Part shown: piece after piece, positions 48,865 to 58,467 of the stretch
How positions within the stretch are numbered: the first letter of the stretch is position 1
How the letters are laid out: each line of letters opens with the position of its first letter
DNA from: Bacteroidales bacterium
GTDB taxonomy: Bacteria; Bacteroidota; Bacteroidia; Bacteroidales; Salinivirgaceae
Direction: 5' to 3'
Length of the DNA: 64,000 nt
Assembly (NCBI GenBank): GCA_012519055.1
Contig: JAAYQU010000035.1
Span: 7,535 to 71,534 of the forward strand
Made by a program: the position numbers and the translations under genes
Notes under the pieces: model-generated
Databases searched by the model: none
What the model saw: only the letters and a program-made list of their open reading frames with translations
Told to the model about the DNA's origin: nothing

Positions 48865-50172
48865 ATGTCGTATTTATTTACATCTGAATCAGTATCAGAA
48901 GGGCATCCTGATAAAGTAGCAGATCAAATATCCGATGCTCTTCTCGATGAGTTTTTACGTAAAGACCCCGAGTCAAAAGTAGCATGTGAAACCTTAGTAA
49001 CAACGGGTTTAGTTGTTTTAAGCGGCGAAGTCCGCTCACAAGCATACGTCGATGTTCAAACCATCGCACGTCAGGTTATTAAAAATATTGGTTACACCAA
49101 AGCAAGTTATAAGTTTGATAGCGAATCGTGTGGCGTTATTTCGTGTATTCACGAACAATCGCCCGATATTAGACAAGGCGTAGTGCGCGAGAGAGAAGAA
49201 GACCAAGGTGCAGGCGACCAAGGCATGATGTTTGGCTATGCAACAAACGAAACAGAAGACTTTATGCCTGTGTCTATAGAGCTTGCACACTTGATATTAC
49301 AAGAGCTTGCAGAGATTCGCAGAGCAGGAAACCGTATGAAATATTTAGGACCCGATAGCAAATCGCAAGTTACAGTAGAATATGCTGATAATCACAAGCC
49401 TATAAGAATTGATACTATTGTTGTATCAACACAACATGACGACTTTATCACCCCTAAATCTGATACCCCAGAGGCGAGAAAAGAGGCTGACGAAAAAATG
49501 TTGGAAACAATACGTAATGACATTGAAAAATACGTTATTCAAAGATTAAAACGCAAATTACCTCGTCGCTTAAAAGCATTGTTCCAAGATGATATCAAAC
49601 TGTTTGTTAATCCAACAGGAAAGTTTGTTATTGGTGGACCACACGGAGATACAGGACTTACAGGTCGAAAAATTATTGTTGATACCTACGGTGGTAGAGG
49701 AGCACACGGCGGTGGAGCGTTCTCAGGCAAAGATTCAAGTAAAGTTGACCGTTCGGCAGCTTATGCAGCACGCCATATCGCAAAAAATATTGTAGCGGCA
49801 AAACTGGCAAAACGTTGTTTAGTTCAAATATCATACGCTATTGGCATTGCCAAACCTGTTGGAGTGTTCGTAAATACTTATGGTACAGCTAAATTGCACG
49901 ACGAAGATGGTCGAAGATACTCAGATGGAGATATTGCCAAAATAATTGAAGAGGTCTTTGATTTACGCCCATACGCAATTGTAAAACGATTTGGCTTGAA
50001 AAACCCAATTTTCTTGCCAACAGCATCATACGGGCACGTTGGAAGAACGCCATATACCGATACCGTAACTGTTTACGAAAATGGTAAAGAGGTAACTAAA
50101 GAGGTTGAGTTTTTTGGTTGGGAAAAACTTGATTACGTAGATAAACTGAAAAAAATATTTAGAGTAGATTAA
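48865..50172 (+). CDS. metK: S-adenosylmethionine synthase
   Basis: [31 protein letters not shown] and GGGAFSGKD motifs. Confidence 0.97.
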   Translation: MSYLFTSESVSEGHPDKVADQISDALLDEFLRKDPESKVACETLVTTGLVVLSGEVRSQAYVDVQTIARQVIKNIGYTKASYKFDSESCGVISCIHEQSPDIRQGVVREREEDQGAGDQGMMFGYATNETEDFMPVSIELAHLILQELAEIRRAGNRMKYLGPDSKSQVTVEYADNHKPIRIDTIVVSTQHDDFITPKSDTPEARKEADEKMLETIRNDIEKYVIQRLKRKLPRRLKALFQDDIKLFVNPTGKFVIGGPHGDTGLTGRKIIVDTYGGRGAHGGGAFSGKDSSKVDRSAAYAARHIAKNIVAAKLAKRCLVQISYAIGIAKPVGVFVNTYGTAKLHDEDGRRYSDGDIAKIIEEVFDLRPYAIVKRFGLKNPIFLPTASYGHVGRTPYTDTVTVYENGKEVTKEVEFFGWEKLDYVDKLKKIFRVD

Positions 50173-50237
50173 AAAACAGGTGTTTTTTGTTTATCTTGTA
50201 AAATCAAATTTATAATAAACCTTAAAAATAAATCATT

Positions 50238-51629
50238 ATGTTTAACGCAGAAGTATATAAACGTCGTCGTTCCGCACTAAGAAAACAAATGACAAGCGGA
50301 ATAGCTCTTATTTTGGGAAACTCCGAGGCATCAATGAACTATCCTGCTAACACATATCACTTTAGACAGGATAGCAACTTTCTTTATTTCTTCGGTTTAG
50401 ATTTCCCTGATTTCGCTGGAGTTATCGACTTTGAAACAGGACAAGATATAATTTTCGCAGACGATTTATCTATTGACGATATAATATGGATGGGCGACCA
50501 ACCATCAGTTCGCGAAAGAGCGTTGTTGGCTGGTGTTGAAAATACTCGTCCCTTCTCAAAACTTGGCGAATATATAAGTGAAGCCATAAAAAAAGGGAAA
50601 AAAGTTCACTTTACTCCTCCTTACAGGGCAGTGAATAAAATGTTACTCGAATCTTTAACAGGTATCAGAGCTGCAGTAGTTCGCGATCATGCTTCTACAC
50701 CACTTATTCGTGCAATTATAGCATTGAGAAGTGTGAAGGAGCCGTGTGAAATAGAAGAGTTAGAAAAAGCGGCTGCAGCTGGCTACGAAATGCAGGTTAA
50801 GGCAATGAAAATGGCTAAAGTGGGTAGATGGGAGCAAACAATTGCCGGAACAATCGAAGGCATCTCATTAGCACACGGTGGAGTACCATCATTCCCAATA
50901 ATATTATCGCAAAACGGACAAATATTGCATAATCATAGCCACAACAATATTCTTGAAAAAGGGCGTTTGGTAGTTTGCGACTGTGGTGCTGAATCGTTAT
51001 TACATTATGCGTCAGACCATACCAGAACAACGCCTGTAGGTGGCAAATTTACAGAAAGACAAAAAGAGATATATGAAATTGTGTTGGCTGCCAACAATGC
51101 AACAAATAAGAACACAAAACCAGGTATAACTTATCAGCAAGTTCACCTAATGGCGTGTAAAATAATTGCACAAGGATTGTCAGAACTAGGATTAATGAAG
51201 GGTAACGTTGATGACGCTGTACGCGAGGGAGCACATGCACTGTTTATGCCTCACGGTTTGGGTCATATGATTGGTTTAGATGTTCACGATATGGAAGACC
51301 TGGGGCAAACTTTAGTGGGATACGACGAAGAGACACGTCCCATTAAGCAGTTTGGAACCGAAGCACTACGTTTTGGACGTAAACTAGAGCCGGGCTTCTG
51401 TTTAACTAACGAGCCGGGCATATATTTTATTCCCGCTCTTATTGATGCTTGGAAAAAAGAGAATAAACATGCCGATTTTATTAACTATGATTTGGTAGAG
51501 AAGTATAAAGATTTCGGAGGCATAAGACTTGAGGATATGCTTTTGGTTACAGAAAATGGTTGTAGAATAATCGGAAAACGTCCTCCTATTACTGTAGAAG
51601 AGGTCGAAGCTATTGCAGCTACTGAATAA
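50238..51629 (+). CDS. pepP: Xaa-Pro aminopeptidase (M24B)
   Basis: 463 aa with pita-bread metal ligand regions (VCDCGAE, HGLGHMIGLDVHD, NEPGIY, IRLED). Confidence 0.85.
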   Translation: MFNAEVYKRRRSALRKQMTSGIALILGNSEASMNYPANTYHFRQDSNFLYFFGLDFPDFAGVIDFETGQDIIFADDLSIDDIIWMGDQPSVRERALLAGVENTRPFSKLGEYISEAIKKGKKVHFTPPYRAVNKMLLESLTGIRAAVVRDHASTPLIRAIIALRSVKEPCEIEELEKAAAAGYEMQVKAMKMAKVGRWEQTIAGTIEGISLAHGGVPSFPIILSQNGQILHNHSHNNILEKGRLVVCDCGAESLLHYASDHTRTTPVGGKFTERQKEIYEIVLAANNATNKNTKPGITYQQVHLMACKIIAQGLSELGLMKGNVDDAVREGAHALFMPHGLGHMIGLDVHDMEDLGQTLVGYDEETRPIKQFGTEALRFGRKLEPGFCLTNEPGIYFIPALIDAWKKENKHADFINYDLVEKYKDFGGIRLEDMLLVTENGCRIIGKRPPITVEEVEAIAATE

Positions 51630-51645
51630 AAGTTAATTTAACAAT

Positions 51646-51682
51646 AAAAGGAGCTATCTCTTTATGAGACAGCTCTTTTTTA
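51646..51682 (+). terminator. terminator hairpin after pepP
   Basis: GGAGCTaTCTC tttat GAGAcAGCTC followed by a T6 run. Confidence 0.55.
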
Positions 51683-51809
51683 ACAACAGGCAAGTGCTTT
51701 AAAATCAATGAATTAACGATTGTGGTGGTGGCTTCGACAAGCTAAGCCACCTAACTGACGGGCGCTGAGTTTAAAGATACGACTTTCCCGAAATAATAAC
51801 TAGTATAAA

Positions 51810-52307
51810 ATGGACAAAACAAAGAAAATAACCTTACTATTAATACTTACAGTGTTGTTTCAGGTAAGTTTTGCTCAATATAATACCGTTCAAATCAACC
51901 TTGAAGTAGTTGACAATGAAACACAAAATTGCAAATTTAGAATATCGTTGTTTAAAGATGCCGATGAGTGTTTAGTTCCTGTAAAACATCAGCCCGTTCC
52001 TGACATTTATAATTACAAAGAATCTGATACCATTTTTACGGTTAATGAATCAGATTTCAACTTATTAGCTGATAGTGTTTTTCAATTATCTAATTCACAG
52101 ATATTTAATTTTATTTCAGAGAAATCTGACGAAATTTGTAAATATACAGCAGTGCTAGAATTAAGAGTAGGTTTTTATGATAATATCGTTTATAAAACAC
52201 CCTGTTTTGGTAATTATATCGAAAACAGAAATCTATATCCATTAATATCAATTGTTAAAAAAATATTTGAGTTTGCCAATATTGATTATAAAAAATACTC
52301 GTTATGA
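51810..52307 (+). CDS. hypothetical small secreted protein (paralog A)
   Basis: 165 aa with signal peptide ..VSFAQ. It shares DT(I/V)..(V/I)N.SDF....D and P(L/F)(I/L).I.(K/R)KI motifs with the next ORF. Confidence 0.55.
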   Translation: MDKTKKITLLLILTVLFQVSFAQYNTVQINLEVVDNETQNCKFRISLFKDADECLVPVKHQPVPDIYNYKESDTIFTVNESDFNLLADSVFQLSNSQIFNFISEKSDEICKYTAVLELRVGFYDNIVYKTPCFGNYIENRNLYPLISIVKKIFEFANIDYKKYSL

Positions 52308-52834
52308 AATTTTTTTCAAAAACAATAAAAGCCAATATTCTTTTAATAGTTCTTGCTATTATTTGTCTTAAATGCTATTCTCAGCATAACTATATTAAGT
52401 CTGTCAAATTTTCGTTTGGAGAAGATCTTGAAAAAAATCCTATGAGATATGTAAAAATAAATCTTATAAACGAATTGGATAGTTGCGTAACGTGCAATTT
52501 AGAAACAATAACAACGCACAGGAAAAGAAGGGGAGTTGACACCACCAAAATAGATACTGTTTATAAGATTAATAGAAGTGATTTTGATAGTATTGTTGAT
52601 ATGTACTTGAATATTGACAAATATGCAATTACTAGCAGGATGATAGATACTTATTATTTTTTATTTCATACAAACTCTGTTTCATTGGGCATAGAATCAC
52701 ATTGCGGTCTTATAAACAGTATCACGCTTTATAATATAAATGAAAAAACAATGAAAAATCAAATAGAACCTTTTTTAACAATTTGTAGAAAAATATTATT
52801 GTTGGCGAAGTTAAAACCTAAAGATTATTTTTGA
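52304..52834 (+). CDS. hypothetical small secreted protein (paralog B)
   Basis: 176 aa with a signal peptide. An ATGA overlap joins it to paralog A. Confidence 0.55.
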   Translation: MKFFSKTIKANILLIVLAIICLKCYSQHNYIKSVKFSFGEDLEKNPMRYVKINLINELDSCVTCNLETITTHRKRRGVDTTKIDTVYKINRSDFDSIVDMYLNIDKYAITSRMIDTYYFLFHTNSVSLGIESHCGLINSITLYNINEKTMKNQIEPFLTICRKILLLAKLKPKDYF

Positions 52835-52869
52835 CATAATGGAAACAGTTATAAAATATGCATAATAAT

Positions 52870-52899
52870 AAAAAAAACGGAGCATGCTCCGTTTTTTTT
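52870..52899. terminator. perfect 30-bp palindrome A8-CGGAGCATGCTCCG-T8 (bidirectional terminator)
   Basis: Read directly from the sequence. It has the same GGAGCATGCTCC core as the GAGACGG hairpin family and lies at a convergent junction. Confidence 0.75.
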
Positions 52900-52905
52900 A
52901 TTGAT

Positions 52906-52931
52906 AATTGCACATTGCTAATTGTTAATTG
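52906..52931 (-). repeat. AATTAGCAATG word repeat overlapping the 3' end of the T9SS paralog 2 CDS
   Basis: The reverse complement is caattaacaattagcaatgtgcaatt. Its last codons encode ..LIIN*. Confidence 0.6.
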
Positions 52932-54325
52932 ATTATCAGTTTTCCGCTCGTTCGGTTCTCTTTCGAAATGATGTTATAGAAGTAAAATCCCGATTGTAAA
53001 TCATCAGTAGAAACTTGTGTTTTTTCTGAAAAAGTAAGCGAAATTATTTTGTTTCCTTTAATATCGTAGAGTTCAAAAACTCCTGTGTTATCAGATAATA
53101 GCGGCTGAATAGTTATATAAGATGAGGCTGGGTTAGGATAGACATTAACAGTGGTGCTGTTAACTTCCTCAATGCCAATATTTTGTTCTGAATAATAGAG
53201 TGTTACAGAGTAAAATTCAAATTCCAGCCCACCGTCCACCTCATAAATCTTAAATTGGGTAAGCATATTGTTCGTTTCTGGTAATTCCATTTCATAGGGT
53301 CCTTCATATAACTTAATCGGAAGTATTAAGTCGGAGAAATCATATAGTGTGTTGTAAATTAACTCTGCTTTCATATCATTAACCCATGTGTTTTCATTTA
53401 AGTCCCATTCATACCCGGTTATTTGTGTGATATTATTGTTGATATCATATGCACATTCAATTTTTGATGAATATTGCCATTGTTCAGTAGCCTCATCGTA
53501 ATCCCAACCTATTGAAACTATCATGTTATTATATTCATCATAACTATAATCTTCTTTATAGTATTCAACCCATTTGTTTAAAGATTCAATCCACTCATAA
53601 TCAATATATTGCAATAAGTTTCCGTTGAAATCGTAGCAATATTCGTATTTAGAACTATTTTGCCATTGGTTTGAGTTGCTATCCCAATAATAATAAGTTT
53701 CTAAAATTAATCTTGAAATGCTATCATAGGTGTATTCTATTTTACCATTAAGAATCCAATCCATGCCTGTGGATTCCCAATCATAATTAGTTTCTAAAAC
53801 TAATCTTGAAATGCTATCATAACTGTACTCGTATTTATAACCATATTCCCAGTTATTACTAACGAGGTTCCACTCTTCGAACTCAATTTCACTTGTTAGA
53901 TTTCCACAAGTGTCATAAGTAAAAGCCCGTTCTGAATATTTTACCCAATTATTGTCATAGTCTAAACTAGAGCCAAATATTTTTGACAAATAGTCATTGT
54001 CATCAAATATATTTTCAAACTTATGGCTAATCGTCCATTGATCAAAGTTCTTTTCTTTTATATTAACCTGTCTGTTTCTACCAATCGAATCATAAATATA
54101 TTCCGACTTATAAAACATATCAAACATTGGATATTCGTTAACCGTACTATCCAACTTTTGTTTTGATACACTTGTCAATTTTTGCTGAAAATTGGAGTTT
54201 ACGAGGTTGTTTTTAAAGATTAATTGAAGGTTTTTCTTTTGATTTATTAAATCAATAAAACTTTGTCCCTGCGTGTTCAAAACAGCGAAGAACAACACTA
54301 TAAGAAATGAAATTTTTGTGCTCAT
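52925..54325 (-). CDS. T9SS-sorted secreted protein with YD-like repeats (paralog 2)
   Basis: 466 aa. Same architecture as 33868-35307 and near-identical signal peptide and T9SS CTD (NVYPNPASSYITIQ..YDIKGNKIISL..LQSGFYFYNI..GKLIIN). Confidence 0.8.
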   Translation of the reverse strand: MSTKISFLIVLFFAVLNTQGQSFIDLINQKKNLQLIFKNNLVNSNFQQKLTSVSKQKLDSTVNEYPMFDMFYKSEYIYDSIGRNRQVNIKEKNFDQWTISHKFENIFDDNDYLSKIFGSSLDYDNNWVKYSERAFTYDTCGNLTSEIEFEEWNLVSNNWEYGYKYEYSYDSISRLVLETNYDWESTGMDWILNGKIEYTYDSISRLILETYYYWDSNSNQWQNSSKYEYCYDFNGNLLQYIDYEWIESLNKWVEYYKEDYSYDEYNNMIVSIGWDYDEATEQWQYSSKIECAYDINNNITQITGYEWDLNENTWVNDMKAELIYNTLYDFSDLILPIKLYEGPYEMELPETNNMLTQFKIYEVDGGLEFEFYSVTLYYSEQNIGIEEVNSTTVNVYPNPASSYITIQPLLSDNTGVFELYDIKGNKIISLTFSEKTQVSTDDLQSGFYFYNIISKENRTSGKLIIN

Positions 54326-54562
54326 ACTATTATTTTTTAGGTTGTACTTAAAGAGGTTTTTACTGCGATGTAAACGTTGATATTTTAAGCTGCGAAATTA
54401 GAGAAAATATCTATCTGATGTTATAATGTTTAATATTATTTATGTTTTTTACCCTGAAAAAAGCTGTTTTAAAATTTTATCATAATTTCATCAATTTTTT
54501 TGAAAAACTTGTTGATTATAAAGTAAATCAATGTACATTCGTCTCCATAAAATTTAACAAAA

Positions 54563-54570
54563 TAAATTTG
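54563..54570 (+). promoter_or_regulatory. candidate -7 box TAAATTTG
   Basis: TAnnTTTG match 60 nt upstream of the ATG at 54631. Confidence 0.35.
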
Positions 54571-54630
54571 TATTTAGTAGTACCAATACGAATGCAAAAT
54601 TAGTTGAACAGTTAAAAACTAAAACTGAAT

Positions 54631-55122
54631 ATGATGAACAAATTGATAATGAGTACAATTATTACGAAGATTGGCCATAGTCTTTCCATTATCCTAATAC
54701 TCTTAATGTTTTCGAGCTGTCGTTTGTTTGAGACAGACGATTTGGGAGATTATTGGTACGTGGCTAAGATTAAAAATAACACAAATGAAACCTTGTTAGT
54801 AATATTAGGCGAGGAACCACCCATTGTTGATTCATTATTTATTATTCCCGATTCATCTGTCTCTTGTAGAGGAGGAATGAAAGTTTATAAAGGGCAAGAT
54901 GTAATTAAAGAATTACTATTTACAAGTGGCTATAGGCCTTTAGAAAGCAGAGCTAGAGTATTAAGAGGAGACTCGGTTTTGGTAGATTGGCATGGACCAG
55001 CAGAAGATAAAGGAGAACTACACCATTTTTATAACTATAATTCTTGGAAAAGTTGGTTAAAAAACGAAAGGGACGGAATAGTAGAGTTTACTATTTATGA
55101 ATCTGATTTACAGGGTAATTAG
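54631..55122 (+). CDS. hypothetical lipoprotein
   Basis: 163 aa with lipobox MFSSC. Confidence 0.5.
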   Translation: MMNKLIMSTIITKIGHSLSIILILLMFSSCRLFETDDLGDYWYVAKIKNNTNETLLVILGEEPPIVDSLFIIPDSSVSCRGGMKVYKGQDVIKELLFTSGYRPLESRARVLRGDSVLVDWHGPAEDKGELHHFYNYNSWKSWLKNERDGIVEFTIYESDLQGN

Positions 55123-55169
55123 CATTTAGTAAACTGTTAATAATCAATGTATTAAAAAGTATGCAAAAA

Positions 55170-55204
55170 CTAAAAGAGACGGATTAAATTTCCGTCTCTT
55201 TTAG
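55170..55204. terminator. GAGACGGA..TCCGTCTC hairpin element
   Basis: AAAAGAGACGGA ttaaatt TCCGTCTCTTTT, a 12-bp perfect stem. Confidence 0.65.
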
Positions 55205-55217
55205 TTTTCAACTTTTT

Positions 55218-55245
55218 GTAGAGACGGAGCATGCTCCGTCTCTAC
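55218..55245. terminator. perfect 28-bp palindrome GTAGAGACGGAGCATGCTCCGTCTCTAC
   Basis: Read directly from the sequence. It is the canonical copy of the hairpin family and is flanked by GTTAAAAGT-type words. Confidence 0.7.
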
Positions 55246-55273
55246 TTTTAACTTTCTCCTTGTACCTTTTAAC

Positions 55274-57370
55274 TTACTTAAGGTATTTGTCAAACCAAGC
55301 AAAAAACTCCCTCTGCCAAAGAACTGCATTTTGTGGTCTAACAACAAAATGTGTCTCTTCGGGGAAGATTAGCAATCGTGCTTCTACGTTGTTTAAACGA
55401 GCGGCTGTAAATGCTTGAAGTGACTCCGTATAAGGAATACGGAAATCGTATTCTCCGTGGATTATCAAAATAGGTGTATCCCAATTGCTTGCAAAACGGT
55501 GAGGAGAGTTGGCGTATGAACGTTGTGCAACTTTATTGTCTTTCTCCCAGTATGCTCCGCCAAGGTCGTTATTTGGGAAGAAAGTCTCTTCGGTAGCACC
55601 GTAAAAACTCTCGAAGTTAAACATACCGCAATGTGAAATAAAAGCCTTAAACCGTTTCTGGTGATGACCTGCCAAATAGAAGACTGAATAACCGCCATAG
55701 CTCGCACCAACGCATCCTAAGCGATTTTCATCAATACACTCATCTTTCTTGATTTCATCAATTGCAGTTAGGTAATCCTGTATGTTTTGTCCAGAGTAAT
55801 CGCCAGATATTTGTGCGGTCCACTCCTGTCCAAACGATGGCACACCGCGGCGGTTTGGAGCAACAATAATGTAATCGTTGGCAGCCATAATCTGGAAATT
55901 CCAGCGGAATGAGAAGAATTGACTTACAGTACTTTGCGGACCTCCTTGGCAATAGAGCAGTGCTGGATATTTCTTAGATGAATCAAATTTTGGAGGATAA
56001 ATAACCCAAACGAGCATCTTTTTGCCATCTGTAGTAGTTACCCAACGCTCTTCGGTTTTCCCCATTGCTATATGGTCGTAAATGGGCTTGTTTGTAAAGG
56101 TAATTTGTGTCTCCTCTTTGCTCTCTCGATTTACAGAGAAAATCTCGGTCGCCATGGCATGATTCATCTTTTTGCAAACAAGAGTATTGCCCGACACTAT
56201 AACACTTTGATAGTCATGGTGTCCCTCGGTATATTTTTCGATATTGCTACTTTCGATATTGATTGAATAAATATGGTGTGTTCCTTTAGTTGGACTGACA
56301 AAATAGAGTGTCTTACTGTCTGAATCCCAAACCATATCTGAAACGTTTTGGTCAAAATTGGCTGTCAGATAGGTTGTCTCTAAGGTCTCTAAATTGAGAA
56401 GCATTAACCGCTCTTTATCAGCCTCGTAGCCAGGTGTTTCCATACTTTGCCAAGCCATATACTTGCCATCGGGCGAGAAAGTGGGATATTTATCGTATCC
56501 AAGGTTTTTCTCTGTCAGGTTTTTAGTCTCTTGGGTAGCAATATCGTAAAGGTAAATATCTGAATTAGTGTTTGTTGCAAACTCGGCTCCGGTATATTTT
56601 TTACAGGAATAAGCAATTCCTTTGCTGTCGGCTGTCCAAGAAACGTCAGCAGCGTCGAAGAATGGAGACATCGGAGCGTCCCATGCTTCGTTTGGCATAA
56701 TATCTTTTCCCTCTGTAACAACCGTGCTACTAAGCGGAGCAACAAATATGTGGCTGTAATATACATCGTTCCAGTGATCCCAGTGACGCGACATTAAATC
56801 GGTGTAGATACGAGCGTTTGCCAATGGTAAATCGGGTTGAACGTCCGACAGCTCTTCGCCAATCTTAACTTCGGCTGTGTAGAGAATCTGTTGTTTGTCG
56901 GGAGATATTTTGAAAGCATTTGCACCACCCTTTATGTTTGTCATTTTTTCAACACCGCTTGCGTTTATTGTCGATTTATACACCTGTGATGAACCCTCGT
57001 GTGTGCTTATAAATGCAAATGTCTTATCATCAATCCATTGTGGGTCGAACTGTGAGCCTGAGAGGGTAACGGCTTTCTTAGCCTCTCCTCCGCTAACAGG
57101 AATTATAAAGAGAGATGTCCGACTTTTATTAGTTTCTAATTGATAATAAGTAATTGTGTAAAGTACATTTGTTCCGTCCGGTGAGAGTTGTACGCTACCA
57201 ACACGACCAAACTTCCAAAGAATTTCGGGTGTAAGCACTCCTTTGGCTATTTCGGCTTCAGTAAGTTGAATATTGAATTCAAAGTCACTTTCGGCGGTCT
57301 TTTTTTGTTGTGGTTGACATGCTATTAATCCCATAATAGCAAGCAACAATGTGATTGTTAAATTTCTCAT
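55274..57370 (-). CDS. S9 family serine peptidase (prolyl oligopeptidase / acylaminoacyl-peptidase type) with beta-propeller
   Basis: GCVGASYGGY nucleophile elbow plus C-terminal D and H regions. The start at the ATG 57370 gives lipoprotein signal MRNLTITLLLAIMGLIAC. The longer ORF to 57466 would overlap the upstream gene. Confidence 0.85.
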   Translation of the reverse strand: MRNLTITLLLAIMGLIACQPQQKKTAESDFEFNIQLTEAEIAKGVLTPEILWKFGRVGSVQLSPDGTNVLYTITYYQLETNKSRTSLFIIPVSGGEAKKAVTLSGSQFDPQWIDDKTFAFISTHEGSSQVYKSTINASGVEKMTNIKGGANAFKISPDKQQILYTAEVKIGEELSDVQPDLPLANARIYTDLMSRHWDHWNDVYYSHIFVAPLSSTVVTEGKDIMPNEAWDAPMSPFFDAADVSWTADSKGIAYSCKKYTGAEFATNTNSDIYLYDIATQETKNLTEKNLGYDKYPTFSPDGKYMAWQSMETPGYEADKERLMLLNLETLETTYLTANFDQNVSDMVWDSDSKTLYFVSPTKGTHHIYSINIESSNIEKYTEGHHDYQSVIVSGNTLVCKKMNHAMATEIFSVNRESKEETQITFTNKPIYDHIAMGKTEERWVTTTDGKKMLVWVIYPPKFDSSKKYPALLYCQGGPQSTVSQFFSFRWNFQIMAANDYIIVAPNRRGVPSFGQEWTAQISGDYSGQNIQDYLTAIDEIKKDECIDENRLGCVGASYGGYSVFYLAGHHQKRFKAFISHCGMFNFESFYGATEETFFPNNDLGGAYWEKDNKVAQRSYANSPHRFASNWDTPILIIHGEYDFRIPYTESLQAFTAARLNNVEARLLIFPEETHFVVRPQNAVLWQREFFAWFDKYLK

Positions 57371-57410
57371 GTTAAAATCTTTATGCTTAAGGTTGTATAA
57401 AATTAAACTG

Positions 57411-58442
57411 TTATTTACGTGTAAGTTTTTCCAATGCGTCGAATGCCAAATCGAAGTTTGGCTCAATCTCCAAGGTTTTATCGTAATACTTTATTGCATT
57501 CTCCTTATCTCCAGATAGTTGATAGCTTAAACCCAATCTGTAAAATATTCTTGCCTCATAGGGATAATACTTGGCAGCTTTCTCGAAATATTTTATTGCA
57601 TCTGCTTGTTGTCCAATATCTTGATATATATACCCAATATTAAAAAGAGGGTCTAAGGCTAAAGAGTCTATCTCGTTTAAAATTGCAAAATATTGATTCA
57701 GAGCCTGTTGCTCTCTTCCTGTCTCCTGATAATACATTCCAAGATTGTATCGTGGCTCAATATCGTGAGGTCTTAGGTTTATTGCATTACTAAAGAAATC
57801 AATTGCAATGTCTTCTCTTTCATTAGAATAGAGAAGACCAAGATAGTTTTGTGCTTCGTAAAACTTAGGATCAATAGTAACTACTTTCATCAAATCCTCG
57901 ATTGCACTTTTGCTATCTCCCTCAAGATCGCTAACCATAGCACGCATTAACAGTGCCTGAGTATTATTCTCCTCACTTTTAATAATCATGTTGAGTATAT
58001 TTCTGGACATAATGTACTCTTCTGTAATCATATATAAGTTGGCCAATTTTAAATTTGCCTCTAAGTGAGTAGGGTAGCGTTGTATGATTTTTGTTAAAGC
58101 CGTTTTTGCCATAACCACCTGACCACGCATAATCTCCATATCGGCACGTCTCAAAAGATATCCCATTTTATCGGGGGCAAGCCTATTGGCGATTTCAATG
58201 TCATTAATTGCGCTGTCTAAGTTCTGAAGTAAAAAATATGCATTCGAACGCTCACTAAAATAGGTGTCGTTTTGCGGGTCTTTTCTTATAAGAACTGTAA
58301 GGCTATCAATAGTTTTCTTAAATATCTGCGATGTAGAAATAGGTTTTTCTTCTGATACCTCCTTTTTAGGTTGTTTTGTCTCGCAAGAGCCTAAAAGAGA
58401 TGCAAAAAACGATATTAAAACTATCTGTGTTACTCTTTTCAT
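57411..58442 (-). CDS. TPR-repeat lipoprotein
   Basis: At least 8 TPR-like repeats. The start at 58442 gives MKRVTQIVLISFFASLLGSC. The alternative ATG at 58475 overlaps the recA stop. Confidence 0.75.
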   Translation of the reverse strand: MKRVTQIVLISFFASLLGSCETKQPKKEVSEEKPISTSQIFKKTIDSLTVLIRKDPQNDTYFSERSNAYFLLQNLDSAINDIEIANRLAPDKMGYLLRRADMEIMRGQVVMAKTALTKIIQRYPTHLEANLKLANLYMITEEYIMSRNILNMIIKSEENNTQALLMRAMVSDLEGDSKSAIEDLMKVVTIDPKFYEAQNYLGLLYSNEREDIAIDFFSNAINLRPHDIEPRYNLGMYYQETGREQQALNQYFAILNEIDSLALDPLFNIGYIYQDIGQQADAIKYFEKAAKYYPYEARIFYRLGLSYQLSGDKENAIKYYDKTLEIEPNFDLAFDALEKLTRK

Positions 58443-58467
58443 CCGGAAACTATAAGTTATTCGATTT

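Noticed and set aside
17462-55275. The possibility that the recurring intergenic words form a CRISPR array.
   Set aside because: The repeats are not regularly spaced direct repeats with unique spacers. They are scattered singly or in inverted pairs across many loci, and no cas genes are present.
57370-57466. 32-aa N-terminal extension of the S9 peptidase ORF, overlapping the upstream TPR gene.
   Set aside because: The internal ATG at 57370 yields a clean lipoprotein signal (MRNLTITLLLAIMGLIAC) and removes the 56-nt gene overlap.
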